64,000 nt of DNA from a virus (IMGVR_UViG_3300020112_000942:52949-116948), one strand, 5' to 3'; shown: positions 46,916-56,408, counted from the stretch's first letter. Notes: generated from the sequence alone by a model not told the origin. Numbers and translations: made by a program.

Positions 46916-47422
46916 ATGGAATTGGTAACTATATACCAAGATGATAATACATAGGTAACTATGTTTAAGAAGGTGGCAGACTATTTAGTCTATCGCCGCA
47001 ATAATGATTATCAAGTCTCTCAACTGGAAGCGGAGGAGGTTTTGGCTGAAGAATTGGATTACCTTACAACCTTTACTGATTTAAAAGGTAAAAAGATTTT
47101 TACTTCCTCTCGCATTCCATATTTACATCGCAATAAAGTATTTAGCCTTACAGAGAATTATCAAGAACTTGAAGAGGCAGTACTTCTATTAAGTGAGTGT
47201 TTTGATAACACTTCTGGCGGCGTAACAGAAGAATGGAAAGTTAAAGTTGAGATGATGATAAAACTATACTACTACCTGTAGAAAAAATAGGATTGTATAG
47301 TTCATATATTTGATGAAAAACTTTTTGGAGTCTCAGGGTTTTGCTCGTTAATCAAGCAAGACAAAATTTTGATTCTTCCTTTTTCCCTTAACGAAGATGA
47401 TAATTATTATAGACTCTACTAA
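46916..47422 (+). CDS. Hypothetical protein, 168 aa, 3 in-frame TAG
   Basis: RBS GAGGTG, ATG 46916; TAG 46952, 47279, 47288; ends TAA. Confidence 0.7.
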
Positions 47423-47518
47423 GATTTTCTACATATTAAATGTTACTCTCTGTGAGTAAACCAATTTTACAGTAGTCCTTTTAAGAGTCAGAAATGGCAA
47501 ATAAAAGGAGGCTTTATT

Positions 47519-48484
47519 ATGAAAAACTTTACAAAGATTGTTTGTGGCATTATGTTAATGGGCGCATTGAGTTTTGCGGCTTACGGATGCGGGGATGTTG
47601 ATGAACTCCCTGAAGTAATCGAGACAGAGACCGTCGATGTCACAGAGAGTACATCATTCGAATCCACCACTTCAACAGTAGAAACAACAACTACTACTAC
47701 TGTTGAAACATCCACATCAGACACAACTTCAACAGAGGATACAACCACTGTTGAAACCACCACTTTTACTACAGAAGCTACTGCCCAAGCAGTTCCTTCA
47801 ACTTTCAAAGAAACAAGTAAAGATACAACTACTTGTGATTCTTATACAAAAGAGGTAGTAAACATCGTAGACGACCCTATTACCTTAGTAGCAACTACTG
47901 AGCCGGCTCCTGAGACAACAACAGTTGTTTCAGTTCCACAAAAGTCCGTTGAGGAAATTGCTAAGGAAGTTTGGCAAGGTAAATGGGGCAATGGAGCAGA
48001 CAGAAAAGCTCGTCTTATTGCGGCAGGCTATGATTACAGCGAAGTTCAGAAGGCTGTTGATGCATTAAGACCAACTCCACCAGTGTCAACTACTCCAACA
48101 ACCAATACAGATTCTACTGTTGTAGACGGCTATCCTATGAGTTATGTTAAGCAGTTCTCAAGAGGAACATATTATGCTTACGGCGGTCCTCGTAATGGCG
48201 GTTCTGGTAGAAGTTTGATTGACTGTTCTCAGGGTAGCGGTGGAATTAAGGGGTCCATTGCAAGTTCATATTTGTACAGAAACTATGGTTACAACTATAA
48301 CGGAAAGCGTACGATGGTATATCTTGAGATTAGTGGATATCCAAGCATGAGCGGCTATTACTATCTTGATGATAGCGATGCTGGTAATTCAAACGTAATC
48401 GACTTCTTCTACTTGGCAAATGGAAACTGCCAATTCCAGTACCAGGGCGTTGTAACAGTTGATTGTTGGATAGTATCATACTAA
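47519..48484 (+). CDS. Lipoprotein: Thr-rich stalk, Cpl-7 (CW_7) peptidoglycan-binding repeat, 3D-like lytic transglycosylase domain
   Basis: Signal peptide ending AAYG-C; SVEEIAKEVWQGKWGNGADRKARLIAAGYDYSEVQKAVD; C-terminal GTYY...YYLDDSD..NVIDFF. Confidence 0.78.
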   Translation: MKNFTKIVCGIMLMGALSFAAYGCGDVDELPEVIETETVDVTESTSFESTTSTVETTTTTTVETSTSDTTSTEDTTTVETTTFTTEATAQAVPSTFKETSKDTTTCDSYTKEVVNIVDDPITLVATTEPAPETTTVVSVPQKSVEEIAKEVWQGKWGNGADRKARLIAAGYDYSEVQKAVDALRPTPPVSTTPTTNTDSTVVDGYPMSYVKQFSRGTYYAYGGPRNGGSGRSLIDCSQGSGGIKGSIASSYLYRNYGYNYNGKRTMVYLEISGYPSMSGYYYLDDSDAGNSNVIDFFYLANGNCQFQYQGVVTVDCWIVSY

Positions 48485-48604
48485 TAATAAGAAATCAAAA
48501 GTTTATTGTGGAATAAACTTATGTGAAGAAGTTTTACTGGAGAGTCCAGTAAGATTAACGGAAACATAAGGATTACTGTAAAAATTGAAAATTGGGAAAT
48601 GATT

Positions 48605-48669
48605 GGGGATGGCTTTGGTCATCCCTTTTCTGTTTATCTATTGACTTTTTTCGTGGATTGTGGTATACT
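48605..48669 (+). promoter_or_regulatory. Terminator (48605-48629) followed by a SigA-type promoter (48641-48669)
   Basis: GGGATGGC/GTCATCCC+TTTT; TTGACT-17-TATACT. Confidence 0.7.
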
Positions 48670-48698
48670 AATTATAGAAAAGAAAGTGAGGTGAGACT

Positions 48699-49286
48699 AT
48701 GGGTAAGACTTTTATTATCGCAGACTTACGTTTGTATGATGAAGAGCAGAAAACGAAACTTGGATTCAACACTTTTGAACAGATGAATAACTACATCATC
48801 AGAGCGTGGAATAAAACCGTAAACGAGGGTGACCAAGTTATTCTTATGGGTGATTCAGGCTCAGGAACATTGGAGCAAATGAAAGAAGTTTTTTCTCAGC
48901 TCAATGGAGAATTTACAATCACATCAAAACATTTGAACGAAAAGTTTTCAAAGCAAGAGTGGCGTGAGATTGGTATTAAATTCTTCTGGGAAGTGTCAAT
49001 GTTCAATACATATCCAGACGGCCGTGAGGCATTGTATGTTATTAAGCCAATTCAGAATATTGAATTGTACAGACCTACTTATGCTTTGCTTGTTGTTGAT
49101 AGTGAAAATCCAATCGAGGGAGAACTTCCTTTTAAGGACATTATGCTTTCAGCAGATGCAATGAGATGGGGCTATAGCCCTCTCGATACAGACGAACTAT
49201 TTACTTTATATGATAATATGAAACAGTTTGCGGAGATGGAGAATACCGAGAGCCGTAGCGAAATTAAAGAGGAAGGTGAGGAATAA
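48699..49286 (+). CDS. Degenerate calcineurin-like phosphoesterase
   Basis: IIADLRL...MNNYIIRAWNKTV..GDQVILMGD; later metal ligands missing. Confidence 0.65.
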   Translation: MGKTFIIADLRLYDEEQKTKLGFNTFEQMNNYIIRAWNKTVNEGDQVILMGDSGSGTLEQMKEVFSQLNGEFTITSKHLNEKFSKQEWREIGIKFFWEVSMFNTYPDGREALYVIKPIQNIELYRPTYALLVVDSENPIEGELPFKDIMLSADAMRWGYSPLDTDELFTLYDNMKQFAEMENTESRSEIKEEGEE

Positions 49287-49492
49287 TGGAAATTTTAACT
49301 CATGGCAACCCAGCACAAATTGAAAAAGTACGACAAGAAAGATTAGGTCTTAAAAAATTTTCTTGCCCTAAGTGTGGATGTACTTTCCAGTGTGTGAAGG
49401 GCGAATATATGTATCATGCTGACCAGAGAGAAGGCAGTTGGTATGAAGTTACTTGTCCAGATTGTGATTCAAATTTACGAGCAAGTGTATAA
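49286..49492 (+). CDS. Small Zn-ribbon protein
   Basis: CPKCGC...CPDC. Confidence 0.7.
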   Translation: MEILTHGNPAQIEKVRQERLGLKKFSCPKCGCTFQCVKGEYMYHADQREGSWYEVTCPDCDSNLRASV

Positions 49493-49506
49493 GGAGGGAT
49501 AGCAAT

Positions 49507-50235
49507 ATGCTTAAAATTGAAAACGTAGAAGTCTTTGGATGGGAAGGCGCCATTCGAGGTATGAGAAATCCTAAGAACTCTTGGGATAGGTCTGACTCAA
49601 AAACAATTGCAACACTTGAAGATGGAAAGATGATTGTTCGTTATGAAATCGGACCGAATGATTTAAAGCTGGCTAAAGCTCTTGTAGCAGGCGGCCCTGT
49701 TCATTGTAAATTCAGACGTCAAATTATGGTAACCCTTGATATCACAGCACCGATGTTTTGGTGGAAGGAGTTTGATACCTACAAGGTAGGTACTGTAAGA
49801 GACTCTTGTTCTACTATGCATAAGATTACTTCAAAGCCTTTTGAGGTTTCCGATTTCTCTGTTGAAACTATCGAAGGATATTGTCCTCACGAGAGTGAAT
49901 TCTCATATATGAGCGGCTTGCCTTTGAACTCCAGACGAGCATTGGAATATACTATTGCGGCACTTAATAACCTCAGAGAGCTTTACCTCAAGGCAAAGGA
50001 AGCTGGAGCAGAGGAAGAGGCAAAGATTTACTGGAGAAAGATTATTGAATTACTTCCTTCTTCTTACAATCAGAAGTCAACTGTAACTCTTAATTACGAA
50101 GTTCTTGCTAATATGCGTAAATGGAGATGCGGACACAAGCTCTATGAGTGGTCAAAGACTATGTGTGGTTGGATTGATACACTCCCTTACGCAAAGGAAC
50201 TTATCATCGGTCCAGTTCTTGGCGAGGAAAACTGA
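49507..50235 (+). CDS. ThyX/Thy1-like phage protein (non-canonical motif)
   Basis: HCKFRRQIMVTLDITAPMFWWKEFDTY..G..RDSCSTMH, LPSSYNQ, HKLYEW; recognised by resemblance only. Confidence 0.55.
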   Translation: MLKIENVEVFGWEGAIRGMRNPKNSWDRSDSKTIATLEDGKMIVRYEIGPNDLKLAKALVAGGPVHCKFRRQIMVTLDITAPMFWWKEFDTYKVGTVRDSCSTMHKITSKPFEVSDFSVETIEGYCPHESEFSYMSGLPLNSRRALEYTIAALNNLRELYLKAKEAGAEEEAKIYWRKIIELLPSSYNQKSTVTLNYEVLANMRKWRCGHKLYEWSKTMCGWIDTLPYAKELIIGPVLGEEN

Positions 50236-51221
50236 TGGGAGCAGGCACAGTAGCATTAATCTGTTGTGGTTTACTTATACTGGCGGTAATTATTGCCGCC
50301 TTAGTATATGTTCGTGGTTCAGATAATTTTGAAGGATTGGATAGAGAATATCGTGCAAACCTTTAGTCTATTATCAATGAGATACAGGACAGTCATAAGA
50401 AAGAACTTGAGGTGTATCAAGCAGACCTTGACGCAAAGAAGAGAGACTGTGCTCGTCAAGAAGAGTTCTACTTGAATGAACTACAACAGAAGAAAGAATC
50501 TTATGAAGTTAAAGCAAGAGAGCTTGAAGATAAACTCATTGCTTTAACAGAACAAAAGTCCAGGGAAGAGGCTAACTCCATTGAAAGTATTGTAGCTTAC
50601 TATGCTAATGAAAGAGCAAGATTGCAAGAGGAGCAAACAACATTTGAGGAAAAGATAAAAGCCCGTATGGATGCGGCGGCGGAGAAGGTTGCAAAAGAAG
50701 AGGCTCGTGTTGCGGAAATTATTGAGCAACATAAGCGTGAAGAGAAGATAAGAAAAGAAAAAGATTTCTATCGCATTGTGCTTTCAGAGGATGCTGTTCA
50801 CGATGTTCAAAGCCTCCGTAAGATTGCAGAGCAACTCAGAAATCCTACTGTTCTTTATAAACTTATCTACAAAGAGTATTATGAAAAGCCATTCTCTGAA
50901 ATGGTCGGTAGGATTGTGCAGGGACGTGGCTCAATAGGTATCTACAAGATTACCAATACCGTTAACGGCAGGGTATATATTGGACAGACCAAGCAGGCAT
51001 TTAAGGAGCGTTGGCGTACGCACCTTAAGCGAGGCGTAAAGGCAGAGCCAGGTACCCAGAACAAACTCTACAAGGCTATGTGGGAAGAAGGTCCAGAGAA
51101 CTTTACGTTTGAAGTTCTTGCCGAATGTCTCGCCACAGAATTAAATCAAAAGGAAAGAGAATATATTTCTCTTTATCACGCCGACACTTGGGGATATAAT
51201 TCAACTGGAGGAAACAGTTAA
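50235..51221 (+). CDS. Membrane-anchored coiled-coil protein with a C-terminal GIY-YIG nuclease domain, 328 aa, one in-frame TAG
   Basis: ATG 50235 overlaps the upstream TGA; TM VALICCGLLILAVIIAALVYV; TAG 50364-50366; GIYKITN...YIGQT...ERWRTH...GYN. Confidence 0.8.
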
Positions 51222-51481
51222 TGGAGAAGTTATCTGAAATATTTTTAGGTTTTGTTAATGATAAACAAGGTCGCTCCTATGGTTTGATACTTAGTGACGA
51301 AGAATATGACAAATCTACTTCTGAGATTATAAACTATTTAATTATTTACGCAGAAGAACATCCCGACAGAGTAGAAATTACAGCGAAAAAAGAATCAATA
51401 GAGCTTTGTATTGATGATAACAGGAGATTTACTGTTTACAGAGGATATCCAAAACATTATCCAATTGATATGATTAAGTAA
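51221..51481 (+). CDS. Hypothetical protein
   Basis: Translationally coupled ORF. Confidence 0.65.
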   Translation: MEKLSEIFLGFVNDKQGRSYGLILSDEEYDKSTSEIINYLIIYAEEHPDRVEITAKKESIELCIDDNRRFTVYRGYPKHYPIDMIK

Positions 51482-51675
51482 TCAATATCCACTCTCTTTT
51501 TATAGGGGGTGGATTATTTTCATATATAGGAGATTTTTCCTTAGAAAAACGTAGAAACTTTGGCAAAACTTTTTGGGGAATTTTAGACCCTCCGCTTCAG
51601 AAAAGTACATTATACAAGGAGAAAGAAATTTCTCTACGGCTTAAGAGATAAATCAACTTACAGAGGTGAAGTAAA

Positions 51676-52368
51676 ATGACTCATAAACAGTCTGGTTTAA
51701 ACGGCGTGGACTATGCAGTTCCAACTCCTATCCGCCACAAGCATCCTTGTCCACCTCCGCCACCAAAGCCACCGGTACCTCCATGTCCAGTGCCTCATGA
51801 GTGGGATGTGTATCCGTTCTATCCACCATACCCAGATATGCCACCGGCACCAGTTCCAAGACCTGATATTCCGGAGCATCATCATCATCATCACCACCCA
51901 TGTCCTCCTCCATTCCCACCATATCCACCTGTACCTCCATATCCTCCACCAAAACCTGAGAAGGTTGATGAGTGTTCTAAGAAACTCGCTAAGCTCTCTC
52001 AGAAGGTAAGAGTACTTGTACAGATGATTAATGACTTCGAGGACAAGAACAAGGCTGCTATCCTTACTATCGGACCTAACAGCTATCAGTTCGGCACAGA
52101 AAACGTTACTGACTTTGACGGTGAACCTGCAAAGGGTATGTATGCAGACCTTATCTGCGGCGACCCAATCGAGCAGCTTGATGAAGACGATTACGTAGTT
52201 GACGAGACTAAGACAAGAGTTTGCCTTAAGAATCCTGTTGACCTTCTTCAGTCTGAGCTTGCAAGAGTTCGTCAGGAAATTACACTTGTTGCAGCTGCTG
52301 TTAACAAGGAAGTTTCTGAGGACAATGCTCCTGACTTCCACGGACTTATCCCTGGAACAGACGAATAA
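51676..52368 (+). CDS. Pro/His-rich low-complexity protein
   Basis: RBS GAGGTG; PPPPPKPP..HHHHHHH..PPYPP; own terminator at 52392-52418. Confidence 0.8.
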   Translation: MTHKQSGLNGVDYAVPTPIRHKHPCPPPPPKPPVPPCPVPHEWDVYPFYPPYPDMPPAPVPRPDIPEHHHHHHHPCPPPFPPYPPVPPYPPPKPEKVDECSKKLAKLSQKVRVLVQMINDFEDKNKAAILTIGPNSYQFGTENVTDFDGEPAKGMYADLICGDPIEQLDEDDYVVDETKTRVCLKNPVDLLQSELARVRQEITLVAAAVNKEVSEDNAPDFHGLIPGTDE

Positions 52369-52431
52369 TTTTCATACACTTATTTCATTTTGGGGAGAGG
52401 GCGAAAGTCTTCTCCCTATTTTGTTCAGCTA

Positions 52432-52460
52432 TTGACTTTTTTAAAAAATTGTGATATACT
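52432..52460 (+). promoter_or_regulatory. SigA-type promoter
   Basis: TTGACT-17-TATACT. Confidence 0.75.
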
Positions 52461-52487
52461 TATTATAGTAAAGGAGATGAAGAGAAT

Positions 52488-52763
52488 ATGGTAAATCCAG
52501 GCGAGATTTTAGCAACAAACATACTTAAACGTTCTTTCCAACTCGTGTTAACTGTAATCAATTCTTACGGTGAGGAGCATGAAATGGTCTTCAAGAAGAA
52601 GAGAAAGCAGTTCATTAACGAGATTGATTTTAATACAATGCGTACTAAAATTATTGACGGGTATCCTCAAGGAGAAATGGAGCCGAACGTTCTCTATATC
52701 AAGCGTACTGGCGACATTGTTTGGGCAAAGTTTTACGAAGCTGACACTAAGCTGGTCGACTAA
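52488..52763 (+). CDS. Hypothetical protein
   Basis: ORF with RBS AAGGAG. Confidence 0.7.
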   Translation: MVNPGEILATNILKRSFQLVLTVINSYGEEHEMVFKKKRKQFINEIDFNTMRTKIIDGYPQGEMEPNVLYIKRTGDIVWAKFYEADTKLVD

Positions 52764-52855
52764 ACGCAGCTCCTTGACGAGTCAAGCTGGCCCGGATGCA
52801 GCTCATTTGAATTTTTGAGTCATCGGGCGTATAGAAATTTTCAGAGGTGAGGAAA

Positions 52856-53152
52856 ATGGACCGAAGTTACATCGGCAAAATCGACCTGTGGGTACTTGTG
52901 GCGGCGATTATTGGAATGTTTCTGATAGTCTTGTATGTCGTTTGGTCGAAAGATGACTGCAAAGACAAGTATCTCATACTAACGCATACGGATATTGTAG
53001 CCAACGAAACATAGGAAATTGAATATGAAATTGACTTCAAGTTTGGAAATACTTTTTTCCTTACCAACGGTAATCATATTCATATTGACGAGTATTTCAC
53101 CGACTACAAAATTGAAGAAAGAAAGAGGGAGATAAACGTTGAAGAAGGATAA
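52856..53152 (+). CDS. Single-TM hypothetical protein, 98 aa, one in-frame TAG
   Basis: RBS GAGGTGAGG; TM LWVLVAAIIGMFLIVLYVVW; TAG 53012-53014; ends TAA; not in the ORF track. Confidence 0.65.
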
Positions 53153-53561
53153 GATTACTTTACGCAGGGCAATAAATTGTCACAAGCCTTGCCGCATCGA
53201 GCCTTGTGATGGCAAAAGATATGAAGAGTCTTTACGCTTCAAGAAGAAGTATGGTTTCTATTTTGAGGAGATTTGGAATCTTGATACTGAGTTCGCATAC
53301 TTTATTCTTGTAAGACTTGTACACTACAGGAAGGTTGCTTTGGGAGTTCCTTGTAATTTCCTCAGTGGTACAGACAAGTATGGTAACGTAGGACCGGCGC
53401 CAGGCAATGTTGACTATAAGCGTTGGCGTACAGTGTTGGACAAAATGATAAGAGGTTTTTATCTCTATCTTACAAAGGACTTCCCCGATAAAAAGGAAGA
53501 GAAGATTATTGCAAAAGGAATGCAATTATTTGCTGAAAACTGGCGTTCACTTTGGGACTAA
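53139..53561 (+). CDS. Conserved-looking phage hypothetical protein
   Basis: EEIWNLD...WRTVLDKMIRGF...GMQLFAENWRSLWD. Confidence 0.7.
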   Translation: MKKDKITLRRAINCHKPCRIEPCDGKRYEESLRFKKKYGFYFEEIWNLDTEFAYFILVRLVHYRKVALGVPCNFLSGTDKYGNVGPAPGNVDYKRWRTVLDKMIRGFYLYLTKDFPDKKEEKIIAKGMQLFAENWRSLWD

Positions 53562-53575
53562 AGGAGGAATGAAAA

Positions 53576-53842
53576 ATGGGTAATGAGAGAGAGATGTATC
53601 CAAAGAGCAAATTCAGATACATTGTAAATGTTGTCAGAATTGAGGGCGAAGGAGACGAGAAAAAGTTTAAGGTTGTTGACACAAAGATTCAGAGCATGAG
53701 CGGCAAGCAGTATTTTAATATGTGCAGGTCCGTAAACAGAACTCCTGTTCGTGTGTTTGAGAAGCCTAAAAAGTTCCAGCTTAATGAGCAGTATATGCTT
53801 GCGACAAGAGATGTTGTTTGGACTTGGACTGAGGAGGAATAA
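53576..53842 (+). CDS. Hypothetical protein
   Basis: RBS GGAGG; ORF. Confidence 0.7.
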   Translation: MGNEREMYPKSKFRYIVNVVRIEGEGDEKKFKVVDTKIQSMSGKQYFNMCRSVNRTPVRVFEKPKKFQLNEQYMLATRDVVWTWTEEE

Positions 53843-54193
53843 GTGAAAAGGATTTTTATTTCACAGCCTATGAATGGAAAGACTGAGCAAGAGATATTGT
53901 TGAATAGAATGACGGCGACAACTGTTATTTATAGACTACATCCTCTTACTCGTATATATTTCCTTGATTCGTTCATCACTGGAGCAAAGGACGTAAATCC
54001 TTTGTTCTGTCTTGGACATGCTCTGCAGGCTTTATCAAAGGCTGATGAGGCTTGGTTTATTGACGGATGGCAAGAATCAAGAGGGTGCAGAATTGAACAC
54101 GCTTGTTGTGTGGAATATAATATTCCTATACATTACTTGGATAAAAATGGAAAGGAGGTAAAGGACGATGTGGGATATCAGCAAGTTTATTGA
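53843..54193 (+). CDS. DUF4406 / nucleoside 2-deoxyribosyltransferase-like protein
   Basis: IFISQPMNGK...LSKADEAWF..GWQESRGCRIEH. Confidence 0.7.
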   Translation: MKRIFISQPMNGKTEQEILLNRMTATTVIYRLHPLTRIYFLDSFITGAKDVNPLFCLGHALQALSKADEAWFIDGWQESRGCRIEHACCVEYNIPIHYLDKNGKEVKDDVGYQQVY

Positions 54194-54410
54194 TAAGGAA
54201 ACATTAGTATCCTCTCCGAGAGATACGTGGGATTTACTTCTTTTAGAGCATGAGCTTGAAAGGATTGAAAAAACTATATTGTTCGCACATGCCAAGGGTT
54301 ATAAGAGTGCTGTGGTCTTTGACGCATCGCCAAAGGCAATAGAATTTTTGAAAGAAAAAGGCTACACAGTTGTGAAGACTCCAGACGGCTGCGAGATTTT
54401 GTTGGTTTAA
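54168..54410 (+). CDS. Hypothetical protein
   Basis: RBS GGAGG; ORF. Confidence 0.6.
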   Translation: MWDISKFIDKETLVSSPRDTWDLLLLEHELERIEKTILFAHAKGYKSAVVFDASPKAIEFLKEKGYTVVKTPDGCEILLV

Positions 54411-54420
54411 GGGGTGTATT

Positions 54421-55215
54421 ATGGGTAACGTGATGGGAGCAATTGCGGGAGATGTTATTGGCTCTCGATTTGAATTTGCAAATCACAGGGACAAGGACTT
54501 TGTTTTATTCAATTCTTCTTGTACCTTTACTGATGATACAATTCTAACCGTAGCAATTATGGCGGCACTGATATAGATTAAGGACAAGGATTTTAAAAAT
54601 CTTGAAGCTCATTTTGCCAAGCACCTGAGAGCAATGGGAAAACTTTTCCCTTCAAGCTATGGCGGCGGATTCCAAAGATGGCTTCACTCAGATTATCCAA
54701 TGCCTTATAATAGCTATGGCAATGGAGCTGGTATGCGTATAAGTCCTGTTGCATATGCGGCGAGAAATGAGTCTGAATTAGAACGGCTCGTTTATGCGGC
54801 AACTGTTCCCACTCATAATCATAGCGAGGGTATCAAAGGGGCGCAGGCTATCGCTCACTGTGTTTGGATGGCGAAGAATGGTGCAGGCAAATGGGCGATA
54901 GAGAATTATGCAGCTAATGAATACTCCATTGACCTTGACCTTAATGAACTCAGAAAAACAAATGAGTTTGATGAAACCTGTCAGGTTACTGTGCCGCAAG
55001 CCATAAGATGCTTTTTGGATAGTGATTCATATGAAGATGCTATACGCAATGCTATCTCCACAGGTGGAGACAGCGATACCATTGCGGCAATGACGGGTAG
55101 TATTGCATCAGCCTATTATGGTATGCCGACTGAGATTGAGGCAGAAACGAAGAAGAGATTGCCTCCTTTGTTTTTGCAAATCATAGAACGATTTGAGAAC
55201 ATATATTGTAATTAA
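54421..55215 (+). CDS. ADP-ribosylglycohydrolase (ARH/DraG family), 264 aa, one in-frame TAG
   Basis: GAIAGDVIGSRFEF...FTDDT upstream of TAG 54574-54576; SYGNGAGMRISP, THNH, GGDSDTIAAMTG downstream. Confidence 0.9.
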
Positions 55216-55338
55216 GAGAGTAAAATTTTTACTCTCTTTTTTATTGACTTTTTAAAAAATTTATGTTATAATCGCACGTTCATTTATATTAGAGATTTTC
55301 TGATAAAATTTCACATTGATAATGAAGGAGGTGATATT

Positions 55339-56025
55339 ATGGGAAATATTTATCTCGTAGAGAATATCATAACAAAAGAAAAATATGTTGGACAGACACG
55401 ATTTACAACAGAAAAGCGATGGAAATAGCATATCAAAGAGGCATATGAGGCACTGGATGGAAAAAGACAGTCCTTCCCGCTGTTTCATAGAATGATTATA
55501 AAATATGGAGAAGATGCCTTTACAGCAATAACTTTGGAGGAATGTAATAAAGAAGTTCTTGATGAAAGAGAGCAATACTGGATAAAATATTATGATACAT
55601 ATAATGCTGGATATAATCGTACTATTGGCGGTCAAAATGGATAGGTTCAAAAACATAATAGAGAAGTGAGTCAATTTAACCTTTAGGGTGAATATATTAC
55701 AACTTTTCCTTGTGCGACTGATGCGGCAGAAGTTATCGGTGTTAGTCCAAGTAATATCAGACATAATTGTAATGGGGATACAAAGACTTGCGGCGGCTTC
55801 TTGTGGCAATGGGGCGCAGACAAAGTATATAATAAAGATATTCCCAAGGGTGTAAAAATAGAATGTAAAATTTTATAGATTGATGAAGAAGGAAATATTG
55901 TAGGTGAGTATAAATCAATGAAGGAAGCATCACGACAAACAGGAATAAGTTATGCAGGCATTTATAACTGTTGCAAAAATGCACAGAATAAAGCTGGCGG
56001 ATATAAATGGAAAAAGAATATTTAA
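55339..56025 (+). CDS. GIY-YIG endonuclease with two NUMOD1-like repeats (homing endonuclease-like), 228 aa, 4 in-frame TAG
   Basis: MGNIYLVEN...YVGQT...KRWK*H...EREQYWI...GYN; TAG 55426, 55642, 55684, 55876; RBS GGAGGTG; missed by the ORF track. Confidence 0.88.
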
Positions 56026-56121
56026 TAAGGTATAGGGATAAAAATTTTTTAAAATCAAAGTCTTTACTTTTTTGAAAATTTATGATATACTGTATATAGT
56101 AAATCAGAAAGGAGAAATCGT

Positions 56122-56361
56122 ATGAGGGCAATAGGATTTCCAAGTGAGCCAAGTGAGTTTGATTTTCCTGAGGAAATGGCAGAACTTAAACGCCGCCTTA
56201 AAGATGCAGATACAAAAGTAAATGTATCGGATAAGACACTTGAAATTCTTTGGTATAAATTTAGTAGCGACTATTCTGATTTTTCTGGCTATTGGATTGA
56301 AGTTGATGACGAAACATTTGCGGATTTCTGTGAATGGTTATCCAGATATAAGCTAAGCTAA
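56122..56361 (+). CDS. Hypothetical protein
   Basis: RBS AAAGGAG; promoter at 56063-56091. Confidence 0.7.
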   Translation: MRAIGFPSEPSEFDFPEEMAELKRRLKDADTKVNVSDKTLEILWYKFSSDYSDFSGYWIEVDDETFADFCEWLSRYKLS

Positions 56362-56408
56362 TCACATGGACGCCTATGGATTTATCCACGAATGAAAGGA
56401 GCGTACAC

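Noticed and set aside
48484-52850. Suppressor tRNA-CUA in structured intergenic regions (48484-48640, 51481-51676, 52764-52850)
   Set aside because: No cloverleaf, T-loop GTTCRA or CCA end recognised by eye. tRNAscan-SE or ARAGORN should confirm.
55261-56152. Minus-strand ORFs 55261..55809 and 55757..56152
   Set aside because: They are antisense to the TAG-containing GIY-YIG gene, which has an RBS and recognisable domains.
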